DNA of 64,000 nucleotides from Dictyostelium discoideum (Eukaryota): NCBI GenBank assembly GCA_000004695.1, contig CM000151.3, positions 2,976,001 to 3,040,000 of the forward strand, read 5' to 3'. Shown piece by piece: positions 29,085 to 42,901 of this stretch (position 1 is its first letter; each line of letters starts with the position of its first letter). The notes under the pieces were generated by a model. It saw only the letters and a program-made list of their open reading frames with translations, ran no database searches and was not told where the DNA came from. The position numbers and the translations under genes were made by a program.

Positions 29085-29930
29085 CTAATCAGTTTTATTT
29101 ATAAATTTTATTTTTTTGGAAATATTTTGATTGATTTTATTTAGAGTTGTTGTTAAAACCAAATAAATTATAAAAAGTAATGCATTATTACCATAATAAC
29201 CAAAATAAATTATTTCATTTGTGAGTGTGGGTGAAAGATTATCAAATGAATTGCACAATAATTTTGAAGTTCCACCAATTTTATTTTGACTAAAAAGGAA
29301 ACAATTATGAAATAATTTAAAAAATATAAAACTTGAGCAAATAAATATATAAACCATCCATTGTTTTGATTTAAATTTAATTGTTTTTTTAAAAAATGAT
29401 AAATTATTATTATTATTATTATTATTTTGATTAATTTTAATTGGTTTTAAAAATAAAATTAATTTTAATTTATAAATTAAAATTAAAATTGTTAAAATTG
29501 AAATGAAAAATGGTATTGAAATTATAATAATTTCATTTATTTGATTATTAAAAATTATTTGAAAATTATTTATATTATTGATTTTAATTAAATCACATAA
29601 TAACATTACACAATATTTGCAAGTGATTGTTGTAATGAGAATATCAATAATATGAAAAATATTTTTTAAACCAACTAAAAGAGTTGATTTTTTAAAAATT
29701 CCAACATTTTCAATTATCCATAACAATGATATTGAAATTATTATTGGTATTATTGATATTATAAAAACTGTTAAAAAATATAAACCAATTGAATAAATAA
29801 TTGGAAAAATATAAATTTTAAATAAAGTTATTAAAATTTTAAAATCATTAAAAATATTATTATTATTTATTTTTTGATATAAATATTTCATAGTTTTTTT
29901 TTTTTTTTTATTATAATTATTATGTATCAA
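29085..29930 (-). CDS. Hypothetical multipass membrane protein (281-aa ORF, I/L/F/N-rich), left copy; true start may be the internal Met (MKYLYQ...)
   Basis: 846-nt open frame in ~85% AT DNA (stop codons are AT-rich, so chance is unlikely); >=6 hydrophobic helices; no family recognised. Confidence 0.4.
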   Translation of the reverse strand: MIHNNYNKKKKKTMKYLYQKINNNNIFNDFKILITLFKIYIFPIIYSIGLYFLTVFIISIIPIIISISLLWIIENVGIFKKSTLLVGLKNIFHIIDILITTITCKYCVMLLCDLIKINNINNFQIIFNNQINEIIIISIPFFISILTILILIYKLKLILFLKPIKINQNNNNNNNNLSFFKKTIKFKSKQWMVYIFICSSFIFFKLFHNCFLFSQNKIGGTSKLLCNSFDNLSPTLTNEIIYFGYYGNNALLFIIYLVLTTTLNKINQNISKKIKFINKTD

Positions 29931-30070
29931 TATATTCGAATATATTGAAAGAAAAAAGAAAAAAAAAAAAAAAAAAAAAAAAAGTGTGGGAATAATTATT
30001 TTTTATTTGTTTTTAAATTATTATTTTTATATTATTATTTTATTTTTATTTTTATTTTTTTATTATTATT

Positions 30071-31438
<1,368 letters not shown>

Positions 31439-31787
31439 TTCTTCTCAACGTTTCGACTAAAAGGGAAAATTAAAAAAATTAAAAAAAAAAAAAAAAATTA
31501 AAAAAATTTTATTAATTTTTTTTTTTTTTTTATTTTTTATTTTAATTTTTATTTTTTTATTTTTTTTATTTTTTTTATTTTTTTTTAATTTTTTTTTTTC
31601 TTTTTTTTTTTCAGTGAATTAATATTAATCCATAAAAGTGTCAAATAAAATTGGGTGGTATTCATTAAGATCTCTTTGTGCTATAAAAAAAAAAAAAACA
31701 AATAAATAATTAAATAAATAAATAACTAGCTAAGGAATATATTTAATTTTTTTTTTTAAAAAAAAAAATTTAGATTACTCACAGCAA

Positions 31788-31808
31788 CACCCAATTTGGT
31801 AGTGGGTG
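31788..31808. promoter_or_regulatory. Inverted repeat CACCCA-N9-TGGGTG in the divergent intergenic region between the TMEM53-like and DUF229 genes (left copy); mirror at 47978..47998
   Basis: cacccaatttggtagtgggtg; same half-sites as the 29002 palindrome. Confidence 0.3.
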
Positions 31809-31862
31809 ATCCAACATATCATCAACAATTATGTCACAAACAACATATTTCCGAAAATTAAT

Positions 31863-31909
<47 letters not shown>

Positions 31910-32341
31910 AGATTTGTGAAGGGTCCCACTTTTATGGAGCATGGTTATATTGAATGTCACAAAATGAAGAAGCATTTTTTTTAAAAAAAAAAAAATCTTT
32001 TTAGTTTTAAATTATAATAAACTGAATACCTTACGAAAAAAAAGTGACATTGCGATTAATGGAATCATAAAAAAAAAAATTTGAAAAAAAAAAAAAAAAT
32101 ATTAAAATAAATAAAAAAAAATAAATTAATAGTCGAAGATGGTGACATTAAACGATAAACTGGTTCTTTTCTAAAATTGTTCACTGTTATTTTTTTTTTT
32201 TATTTTTTTTCATTTAATTCGTAACACAGTGTAAAAAATTAAAAATAAAAAATAAAAAATAATAAAAAATAAAAAAATAAAAAGTAAAAAATAAAAAAAA
32301 ATAAAAAATAAAATATTTTAATAATACCCCCATTTGCATTG

Positions 32342-32375
<34 letters not shown>

Positions 32376-32448
32376 GTACACGGGTTTTTTTTTTTTTTAA
32401 CTTTTTCAATGGGTTATTTTTAAAAAAATTTGAAAAATAAAAAAAAAT

Positions 32449-32502
<54 letters not shown>

Positions 32503-32504
<2 letters not shown>

Positions 32505-33103
32505 ATAATTAAAAAAATTAATAATAGTTTTTCAAAATCAGAATTTACAAATAAATTAATTACAATAAAAAAATTGAATTATAAAGAAATTATTGAAAAA
32601 ATAAAAAATGGATTATTTAATTTTCCGATATTCTCTATTTTATCAATATATTTTGCTCAATGTTTTTATGAATATTCATTGGAAGGAAGAAAGGATTTAC
32701 AATGGATGCATGCCAACTTAAAATTTTTCGGAATTTATATACTCATTTCAACAGTTTTTTTCGTATTTGGATTTGTTTCATTAGGAAAATTAATTAAAGA
32801 TTTAACAAAAATAATTAATGTTGGAAACGATTATAAAAAATATGATTTATATAATATTAAAAATAATAATAAAATTAATAAATACACAAAATTAATTTTA
32901 AAAAAATTTAATATATCATTGGTTTTATATCGTAACCTTTTAATAATATTATTTGTAAAACTTTTAATAATTTCATTCTATAAAATTACAAAAGATAAAG
33001 GTGCAACTTTAATTAATCATGGTCAATATAATTTAATTGCATTTACAACTATAATGTTAATTTATTTAATTGGATTTTTATCTTGGTTTTTAATTTTTAA
33101 GTA

Positions 33104-33148
<45 letters not shown>

Positions 33149-35008
33149 TTAATAATACATAATAATAATAATTAAACATTAAATTATTTACTAATTTTTC
33201 ATTTTTTTTTTTTTATTTTTTTTATTTTTTTTTCATTTTTTATTTTTAATTTTTAATTTTTTTTTTTTTTTCATTTTTTTTATTTAAAAATAAAAAGAAA
33301 TTGGACAATTAAAAATACAATAATTAGATTATTTATTTTAATAATTTTAGTTTATATTTCATTTTCAATTAAAAATATATTTGTTAGTAAAAATTGGCCA
33401 ATTGGGATTGATGGTAAACAATTAAAGTTTAAAGATGAAAGTAGTGGTGGTGGTAAAGTTTGTGAAATTGAAACCAATTTTATAGCATGGCCATCATTTT
33501 TACCAAAAGGATCAACTAGAATTATTACAGGATCAAGTGAATGTCCAAGTGAAAGTGAACAGTTTTCAAGATTGAACAATGGTATTTTAACAATGGATAA
33601 TTGTTTTGAAGAGAATAAACAATATACATTATCACCAGTATTTTGGGAGGAACAAAAAAAGTTTGATACATTTACCAATGATTTTAAATATTATGAAAAA
33701 TTATTCAAAGGTAAAACACAAACACTTCAATATACTAAACCAGTTGAAATTAAACATGAAACTGTAATGGCAATTTGTGGTAATCAAACTGAAATTCATT
33801 ATCATAATATAAAGAATCAACAATTTTATCAAAGAACATTGAATAATTTCAATTCACCAAAGATTAAAGAACATGTGGATAAAGTTAAATTACCAAATCA
33901 TCCAGATGAAAAATATAATAAAAAACCAATCGATATTTTATTTTTAATGATTGATGCATTATCAAGAGCTCAATTTAAATCTGCAATGCCAAGTACTTTT
34001 GAAACTTTACAATCTATTCAAAATCAAGGTCATTCAAAGGTTTTTCAATTTTTTAGATATCATTCATTGAAACCATTTTCAGATCCAAATACAATGGCAA
34101 TGTATAATGGTTTTAATAGAGTTGGTTATGATGATATCGATTATGAAAATAATATTAATGATCAAGGTGGTATCGGTGGTGGTGGTGGTGGTGATGGTGA
34201 TTATCATCATGATGATACTAATACATTTACATGGGAAAAGAATCCAATGTTTTATCAATCATTTAGAAATGATTCATATGTTACAACTTGGGTGACTGGT
34301 TTATGTCAAGATTGGTTTCAACATTATTTAAAGATGGATAAGGAGGTAGGATCAGTAGATCATGAAATGGCATTACCATTCTGTTCACCACAATTACACC
34401 CACCAGAGAAACCATTTGGTATCTTTGAAGGTCCTTACTCTATACGTCGTCGTTGTTTAGGTGATAAACATGTTCATGAAACCATTTTTCAATATATCAA
34501 TCAATTTTGGGAAAACTATAAAGATGTTGGTAAAATATTACATACAACCTTTATGGATGGTCATGAAGGTACCAATGAAGTTATTCAAATTGCTGATAAA
34601 GGTTTTCAAAAGTTTTTAGATAAGGATTTAAGACCAAAACTAAATGATACCTTTTTAATTTTAGCCTCTGATCATGGTCAACATATGTCTGGTTATTATA
34701 TGTGGTCCAAAGGTGGTAAAATCGAAGTGGCAATGCCAATGCTCTATTTGGTCTTACCAAGTTGGTTCCTTGAAAAATACCCTCACCTCGAACAACAACT
34801 ATTGGAAAATGAAAATAAACTATCAACACCTTTCCAATTGTATGATACCATTAGAACACTTTCAACTTTTCCTGAATTTGGTGGTATCGATATGAAAGAT
34901 CCAAATGGTGTTCGTAATGATAATCAAAAAGGTTTTTTAGGTAAAATTCCTGATGATATAACTTGTGCTCAATTAGGCATACCACATGATTTTTGTGTTT
35001 GTAAATAA
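32503..35008 (+). CDS. DUF229-family (alkaline-phosphatase/sulfatase-like superfamily) protein with N-terminal multipass TM exon, left copy; exons 32503..33100 and 33298..35008
   Basis: Exon 1 ends ...FLIFK with donor gtaagt (33101); acceptor aaaaag (33296-97); frame verified codon-by-codon from 33298 into ORF 33572..35008; KPIDILFLMIDALSRAQF...LILASDHGQHMSGYYMWSKGG is DUF229-like; start chosen at Met 32503 rather than the poly-K run read from poly-A upstream. Confidence 0.6.
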
Positions 35009-35145
35009 AAATAAAAAATAAAAATAAAAATTTATTTATTTAAAGATATAATTAGTTTCTTGTTATTCGTTTTACTTTTTTTTTTATTTTTTTTTATTTT
35101 TTTTATTATTTAAAATTAATGATAAAAAATTTAATAGTAACTCTT

Positions 35146-35183
<38 letters not shown>

Positions 35184-35235
35184 ATAGAAATTTATCATTT
35201 TTTATTTAAGTAATAAAATTTAATTAAATTTAACC

Positions 35236-36206
35236 TTAATTTGTTGGGACTGGTCTTTGAATAGATTTAAAGAGAAGAGATTGATTTTTCATAAAATAAT
35301 CAACCATTTCATTATGAGTCTTTACTGTGTATAAGTTATCCATTGTGTTTACAAAAAAGTCATTACGATCAACAGAGACAAAGAACCAATCATCATAGGA
35401 AGTAAGACCGTAAACTACTCTATAAACACCTGGATTACTCTCTGCAATAATGCTTCCATCTAAACCATGTGTATAAGTATTTTTATAACCAGCACCATAT
35501 GGACAACGGAAACAAAATAAAACAGATGTCTAAATTATTTAATAATAATAATGATAATAATAATAATAAAAAAAAATATTAATAATAATAAAAATAAATT
35601 ATAATTATATTAAAAAAAAAAAAAAAAAAAATTATATTGGTTTTTATGTTATCATTATATATATATATAAAATGAAAAAATATTTACTTGATAAAAATAA
35701 TAATTTAATTCTTGACTCATTCTAATATCGACATTAGTTTCACTTTCATATCCATAATTGTTTATATCGGTTGTTGTTCCAATAGTAACACCAAGAGTTA
35801 CACTTGCTTCATATAAACCTAAGGCTATATCAGCTCCAGCACTTGACATTGTTGTTGATTTTTGATCAATACCTTTTCTAATATTTGCAGTAAGAGTTGC
35901 TGTTGGAATTATATTTTTATTCATTGGATTCTTTAAATAAACAGCAACTGGAAAGATTTGCCACTTGACTTTTTCTCTTTTGACACCCTTTGATTGATTA
36001 TAATTCATTGTAATATCAACGGCTGGTACTTGATATTCACTACCATTTTGGACGAAAACTGCAGCTGGCATTGTGTTTGAATTACTATTTTTATAAATCC
36101 TATCTACGTCCTGATTTGTTGTCACTGTCTGCATTTGATCCAAATTAAATTCTAATTGTTTAACTGGATCATTGGATGAATAACTTTCACTTGTTATATC
36201 TATCAT
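35236..36206 (-). CDS. Lineage-specific family member C (left copy), ~271 aa; exons 35688..36206 and 35236..35529; contains amphipathic beta-hairpin-like segment
   Basis: ADIALGLYEASVTLGVTIGTTTDINNYGYESETNVDIRMSQ (alternating hydrophobic / Ser-Thr pattern); exon 2 TSVLFCFRCPYGAGYKN...NEMVDYFMKNQSLLF; donor gtaaat, acceptor atttag. Confidence 0.55.
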
Positions 36207-36265
36207 TTTTTAAATAATTTAATAAATTAACAACAACACAATTTTTTTTTTTTAAAGTAAGATGG

Positions 36266-36317
<52 letters not shown>

Positions 36318-36459
36318 AAATAATTAAAAATATCTTTTATAAAAAAATCCTAATTCTTTTAACAAATTCCTTAAAAATTAAAATTATTTATCTTAAGATT
36401 ATTATTATTATTATTATTTTTTTTATAAAATTGACACGAAAAGATATTTTGTTTTATTT

Positions 36460-36504
<45 letters not shown>

Positions 36505-36664
36505 GATTTTAAACGAATCGCTAATCTCATATAAAAAATTGAAATTTTTTTTTATTCCCTAAAATATCTTTGTGTTTTTTTTTTTTGGTTATTTTCTTGT
36601 ACAAAGATATTCTTAAACATTAAAGAAAATTTAAATATTTAATTTTTAATTTTTTTTTATTATT

Positions 36665-36702
<38 letters not shown>

Positions 36703-36755
36703 ATAAACTTTTTTTTTTTTTTTTTTTTAATCTTATCTATTGTTTATTTTAAAAA

Positions 36756-36884
36756 ATGTCAGATACAAATTCACATACAATTACAGATGAAAGTAAAGTA
36801 GGACCACCACCATTCCACAGTGATTCAGATGATGATGATGGTTGGGACAACAATAACAATAATAATAACAATAACAATAACAAT

Positions 36885-36932
<48 letters not shown>

Positions 36933-37754
36933 AATACTGATGGTAATAATGATGGTAATAATACTAATCCATATCATGGAGGTGGTAAAGACAAAGATGA
37001 TTTCAATATGGACAACGCCCAAATTGGATATACCGACCATGATGTTGATGTCAATTTATTCCTTAAGGATAAATTTGATCCATGTTTTATTATTAATAAT
37101 TCAAAATATGTTTCATGGAGAAGTGATGCTTCCCAAGGCCAACTTCAACTAGGAAACACTTTAATTAGTTACACTTGTTACCCAGTTGGTGCCCTTCTTG
37201 TAAAGGTTTATGGTAATACACCACCAAGTGTTACAGATTTCGGTGTTCAAAGAACTACTGGTTATAGTTCCTCTGAAACAAAAGAAGTTCAAAGAGATTA
37301 TCGATTTAGTGTTGGTATCACAGGTGCAAGCTTAGGGTAAATTTAACCAATTTTTTATTTTTTTATTTTTTTTTTTAAAATATTTTATTAATTTTTTTTT
37401 TTTTTTTTTTTAAACATTATTAGATTCAAAGTTACCACCAGAAGTATTCTTACAACAAATTTGGAGAGTAAAAGTGATATTGCATGGACTCAAGATTTAC
37501 CAGGCCTCCAAAAATACTACGTATACCAAAGTTGTTTGTATTATGTTTTTGCTCTAAATAATAATGATTCCCTCCTTGCATCTAAAAACACAAGTTATAA
37601 AATTAAATATATTAATGGTAAAAATTATCTTTTCGTTGGTTTTAACAGAAATGATACTTGTATTTCAAAAAAAGATTGTGTTGTTAATATTCCAACAGAA
37701 AAAGATTTTATTGATTATCTTGCTGCAAACCCATCCAAATGGGTTTTGTCTTAA
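36756..37754 (+). CDS. Family member A (left copy), ~303 aa; exons 36756..37336 and 37424..37754; acidic/poly-Asn N-terminus, Ser/Thr-rich alternating hairpin, C-terminal KDFIDYLAANPSKW motif
   Basis: TCYPVGALLVKVYGNTPPSVTDFGVQRTTGYSSSETKEVQRDYRFSVGITGASLG|FKVTTRSILTTNLESKSDIAW; donor gtaaat (37337), acceptor tattag (37422-23); C-terminus shares [DN]DFI[DN]YLA...W with member B. Confidence 0.55.
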
Positions 37755-38130
37755 ATCTTTAAAGGTTAATCTGTTTATAAAATTATAAATTAATAATAAT
37801 TTTAAAACTTCATTAAAAAAATAATAAAATTTTAAAAATTAATTCTTTTTTTTCTTTATTTATTATCTTAAATATTTTTTATTATTTTTTTTATTGATCA
37901 AATAAATTTATTAAAAATAATCAAAATATAAAAAAAATTACAAAGAATGAATGATAAATAATAAAAGAAAAAAATAAAAAATTTTTGATTAGAAAAAAAA
38001 AAATTTCAAAAAAAAAAAAGAATAATTATGATAATTTCTAATGCATTAATGCAAAAAAAAAATCAAAAATAAGAACAATTAAGATTTTATAATTAAAATA
38101 ATTATTTATTATTAAATAGATATTATTTTT

Positions 38131-38933
38131 TTAATTATCCCAGAGATTTCTATGATTTGCTAAATAATTAATAAAATCATTTTCATCAATCATTTGATAT
38201 TTTGAGTCATATGATCTTATAATTTGATTGTTGGAATAAATTGAAACAAAAAAGTAAAGGTCATTACCAATGAATTTCCAATCAAAATCTGGGTTAAGTT
38301 GAGCCAATCTTCTATGATCAATTGAATCAATCATTTTGTATGCATAAGTTACAAGACTTTGGTGAACATAAGAGGTAGTACTTAAGTATTGAGAGTAAGA
38401 GGTTTTTGTTTCAGAATAAAAATCGGCTGAATATTCAAATTTTCTATTATAAAAAAAAAAAAAATAAAAAAAATTATTTGCCAATGTTAATAAAATTTTT
38501 TTTTTTTTAATAAAATAAAAATAAATATTCAATCTTACCTAATAAATTTAAATTTAGCTTCAAAATCAAAGGGAATATATCCTTTATGACCATTTTTAAA
38601 ATTAGAATCTCCTTGAACATGTTTTGAGAAACTTGTACTTTTTGAGATAGTATAATAATTTGGAGTTGTAATGTTCAAAGTTTGTTGAAATTCAACTAGG
38701 CTACCACATGGTTTTACATTGAATTTAACATCTGCTCCATTTGGATATTGATCTGTTTTCAAAAAAACAGTTCCAGAACTGCTTGTTTGATTGTTAATAA
38801 TAACAGCTGGTTCAATTGGATTATTCATTTTTGTTAACCAATCAGCATCATGATTGTTATCAACTATTTTTAGATTATTTAAACTAAATGGTACTTGACC
38901 AGAACTTTGGTTAACAATAATATTTGGTTCCAT
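38131..38933 (-). CDS. Family member B (left copy), ~236 aa; exons 38539..38933 and 38131..38443
   Basis: MEPNIIVNQSS...KPCGSLVEFQQTLNITTPNYYTISKSTSF... then KFEYSADFYSETKTSYSQYLSTTSYVHQSLVTYAYK...ENDFINYLANHRNLWDN; the ORF-track N-terminus (MHIKVF...FFFF) is poly-T read-through and is excluded. Confidence 0.55.
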
Positions 38934-38996
38934 AATTTGATTTTTAAATAAATTAATATTTGAAATTATATTTAATAATATTATAAAAAAAAAAAA

Positions 38997-39063
<67 letters not shown>

Positions 39064-39477
39064 ATCAATTTTCTGAAAACTTTAATGTGCAAATCTTTTT
39101 TATTTTAACCAATAAAATTAATCAAAAACAATGTCTCAGATTTTTAGTTTTTTTTTTGAAATCTAAAAAAATAATTTTTTAAAAATCTCGACAACTAAGA
39201 TTTCGGTATGAACATAAAGATAAATGTTTTTTTTCATTTTCTAAAACAAGATATTATAATTTTTTTTTTTTATAAAAAAAAATAAAATTAAATAAAATAA
39301 AAAAGTTAAAAATTAAAAAGTAAAAAAAAAAAAATATTATTTTTACTTTTTATAATATTATTAATTATTTATTATTTAAAATATAATTAAAAAAAAGTAA
39401 TTATTAAATAATTAAAGTTTTAAATTTTATTATTTTATAATAAAATATTAATTTTTAAAAATAAAATTAAAAAAAGA

Positions 39478-40125
39478 ATGACAAATACAGATAATATGGA
39501 ACAAAAAGATTTCAATTTATTTGACGGAGCAATCTGTAGAAATAAAGATGAATTAATTGAAGAATGTGATATGAAAGGTCCAGTTGACCCAAATGATAGT
39601 GGTATTTTTATTGATAGATCATTTTCATATCATGTTGGTAGAAAATTTGGTGAAATTAAGTTAAAAGTTGATTCTCAAGGAACAACTAAAGGTTTCCAAT
39701 TTGAATTTTATCCATGTGGTGCATTCATCGAATACCTCGATTGCTCTTATGTTCCTGATCATAGTACCCTCACATTTTACAGAAAGGCAGGATATCATAT
39801 TCATACCACCTTAAAAACAGAGTTTAAAAGTTATTTTATGGCTGGTTTCGAAGGTTTTGGTGGTGAATTTGGTTACGATGAGAAGCATACCTATGATGTT
39901 GATAAACAAGATCAAATTCAACTCACAATTCAATTCAAATTCGATAAGGGTAATTATTATTGTTATCAATATAATATGGTTATGGCTCAAAAATTAGATG
40001 AAGGCTCAAGAAGTTACATTGATACTCTTATCAACTATAATAAAAATGATGTTGATATTCGTAAGGTTGGAAATGATCTTTACAAATTGGAAACCTTTAG
40101 TTGTTCCTTGAGAATCAACTTTTAA
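39478..40125 (+). CDS. Family member D at the palindrome centre: codons 1-202 are genuine; the last 14 codons (from 40083) are translated from the inverted arm, i.e. antisense of the gene's own 5' region
   Basis: MTNTDNMEQKDF...FYPCGAFIEYL...SYFMAGFEGFGGEFGYDEKHTYDVDKQDQIQLTIQFKF (striking alternating hairpin)...VGNDLY then KLETFSCSLRINF*; shares the PCG motif and hairpin with members A-C; no C-terminal family motif, so the original 3' part was lost at the junction. Confidence 0.6.
   Translation: MTNTDNMEQKDFNLFDGAICRNKDELIEECDMKGPVDPNDSGIFIDRSFSYHVGRKFGEIKLKVDSQGTTKGFQFEFYPCGAFIEYLDCSYVPDHSTLTFYRKAGYHIHTTLKTEFKSYFMAGFEGFGGEFGYDEKHTYDVDKQDQIQLTIQFKFDKGNYYCYQYNMVMAQKLDEGSRSYIDTLINYNKNDVDIRKVGNDLYKLETFSCSLRINF
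39704..40082. other. 379-bp unique central spacer of the palindrome; this is the original left-arm sequence continuing in frame through the gene that starts at 39478
   Basis: Base-by-base mirror check: 39696-39703 is the reverse complement of 40083-40090; 39704 (a) vs 40082 (a) breaks complementarity; the + ORF reads uninterrupted through 39704-40082. Confidence 0.9.
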
Positions 40126-40308
40126 CTTAATTTCACCAAATTTTCTACCAACATGATATGAAAATGATCTATCAATAAAAATACCACTATCATTTGGGTC
40201 AACTGGACCTTTCATATCACATTCTTCAATTAATTCATCTTTATTTCTACAGATTGCTCCGTCAAATAAATTGAAATCTTTTTGTTCCATATTATCTGTA
40301 TTTGTCAT
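40084..40308 (-). pseudogene. Mirror copy of the first 75 codons of family member D, truncated by the junction and running into antisense spacer sequence
   Basis: ORF 40006..40308(-) shares its first 75 aa with 39478(+), then diverges to VKIISNLTNINIIFIIVDKSINVTS where it crosses 40083/40082. Confidence 0.7.
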
Positions 40309-40722
40309 TCTTTTTTTAATTTTATTTTTAAAAATTAATATTTTATTATAAAATAATAAAATTTAAAACTTTAATTATTTAATAATTACTTTTTTTTAAT
40401 TATATTTTAAATAATAAATAATTAATAATATTATAAAAAGTAAAAATAATATTTTTTTTTTTTTACTTTTTAATTTTTAACTTTTTTATTTTATTTAATT
40501 TTATTTTTTTTTATAAAAAAAAAAAATTATAATATCTTGTTTTAGAAAATGAAAAAAAACATTTATCTTTATGTTCATACCGAAATCTTAGTTGTCGAGA
40601 TTTTTAAAAAATTATTTTTTTAGATTTCAAAAAAAAAACTAAAAATCTGAGACATTGTTTTTGATTAATTTTATTGGTTAAAATAAAAAAGATTTGCACA
40701 TTAAAGTTTTCAGAAAATTGAT

Positions 40723-40789
<67 letters not shown>

Positions 40790-40852
40790 TTTTTTTTTTT
40801 TATAATATTATTAAATATAATTTCAAATATTAATTTATTTAAAAATCAAATT

Positions 40853-41655
40853 ATGGAACCAAATATTATTGTTAACCAAAGTTCTGGTCAAGTACCATTT
40901 AGTTTAAATAATCTAAAAATAGTTGATAACAATCATGATGCTGATTGGTTAACAAAAATGAATAATCCAATTGAACCAGCTGTTATTATTAACAATCAAA
41001 CAAGCAGTTCTGGAACTGTTTTTTTGAAAACAGATCAATATCCAAATGGAGCAGATGTTAAATTCAATGTAAAACCATGTGGTAGCCTAGTTGAATTTCA
41101 ACAAACTTTGAACATTACAACTCCAAATTATTATACTATCTCAAAAAGTACAAGTTTCTCAAAACATGTTCAAGGAGATTCTAATTTTAAAAATGGTCAT
41201 AAAGGATATATTCCCTTTGATTTTGAAGCTAAATTTAAATTTATTAGGTAAGATTGAATATTTATTTTTATTTTATTAAAAAAAAAAAAATTTTATTAAC
41301 ATTGGCAAATAATTTTTTTTATTTTTTTTTTTTTTATAATAGAAAATTTGAATATTCAGCCGATTTTTATTCTGAAACAAAAACCTCTTACTCTCAATAC
41401 TTAAGTACTACCTCTTATGTTCACCAAAGTCTTGTAACTTATGCATACAAAATGATTGATTCAATTGATCATAGAAGATTGGCTCAACTTAACCCAGATT
41501 TTGATTGGAAATTCATTGGTAATGACCTTTACTTTTTTGTTTCAATTTATTCCAACAATCAAATTATAAGATCATATGACTCAAAATATCAAATGATTGA
41601 TGAAAATGATTTTATTAATTATTTAGCAAATCATAGAAATCTCTGGGATAATTAA
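40853..41655 (+). CDS. Family member B, right copy; exons 40853..41247 and 41343..41655
   Basis: Mirror of 38131..38933; donor gtaaga (41248), acceptor ataatag (41341-42). Confidence 0.55.
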
Positions 41656-42031
41656 AAAAATAATATCTATTTAATAATAAATAATTATTTTAATTATAAA
41701 ATCTTAATTGTTCTTATTTTTGATTTTTTTTTTGCATTAATGCATTAGAAATTATCATAATTATTCTTTTTTTTTTTTGAAATTTTTTTTTTTCTAATCA
41801 AAAATTTTTTATTTTTTTCTTTTATTATTTATCATTCATTCTTTGTAATTTTTTTTATATTTTGATTATTTTTAATAAATTTATTTGATCAATAAAAAAA
41901 ATAATAAAAAATATTTAAGATAATAAATAAAGAAAAAAAAGAATTAATTTTTAAAATTTTATTATTTTTTTAATGAAGTTTTAAAATTATTATTAATTTA
42001 TAATTTTATAAACAGATTAACCTTTAAAGAT

Positions 42032-42853
42032 TTAAGACAAAACCCATTTGGATGGGTTTGCAGCAAGATAATCAATAAAATCTTTTTCTGTTGGAATATT
42101 AACAACACAATCTTTTTTTGAAATACAAGTATCATTTCTGTTAAAACCAACGAAAAGATAATTTTTACCATTAATATATTTAATTTTATAACTTGTGTTT
42201 TTAGATGCAAGGAGGGAATCATTATTATTTAGAGCAAAAACATAATACAAACAACTTTGGTATACGTAGTATTTTTGGAGGCCTGGTAAATCTTGAGTCC
42301 ATGCAATATCACTTTTACTCTCCAAATTTGTTGTAAGAATACTTCTGGTGGTAACTTTGAATCTAATAATGTTTAAAAAAAAAAAAAAAAAAAATTAATA
42401 AAATATTTTAAAAAAAAAAATAAAAAAATAAAAAATTGGTTAAATTTACCCTAAGCTTGCACCTGTGATACCAACACTAAATCGATAATCTCTTTGAACT
42501 TCTTTTGTTTCAGAGGAACTATAACCAGTAGTTCTTTGAACACCGAAATCTGTAACACTTGGTGGTGTATTACCATAAACCTTTACAAGAAGGGCACCAA
42601 CTGGGTAACAAGTGTAACTAATTAAAGTGTTTCCTAGTTGAAGTTGGCCTTGGGAAGCATCACTTCTCCATGAAACATATTTTGAATTATTAATAATAAA
42701 ACATGGATCAAATTTATCCTTAAGGAATAAATTGACATCAACATCATGGTCGGTATATCCAATTTGGGCGTTGTCCATATTGAAATCATCTTTGTCTTTA
42801 CCACCTCCATGATATGGATTAGTATTATTACCATCATTATTACCATCAGTATT

Positions 42854-42901
<48 letters not shown>

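Noticed and set aside
32430-32502. N-terminal MKNKKKFFLKKKKKKKKKKKKKKK extension of ORF 32430..33104 (and poly-F/K extensions of 38535..39092, 18480..18668, 22065..22418)
   Set aside because: Read-through of promoter poly-A/poly-T tracts. Start codons were moved to the first Met after the homopolymer.
40006-40308. 100-aa ORF on the minus strand at the palindrome centre as a separate gene
   Set aside because: Its first 75 codons are the mirror image of gene 39478(+). The remainder is antisense spacer. It is a duplication stub, not an independent gene.
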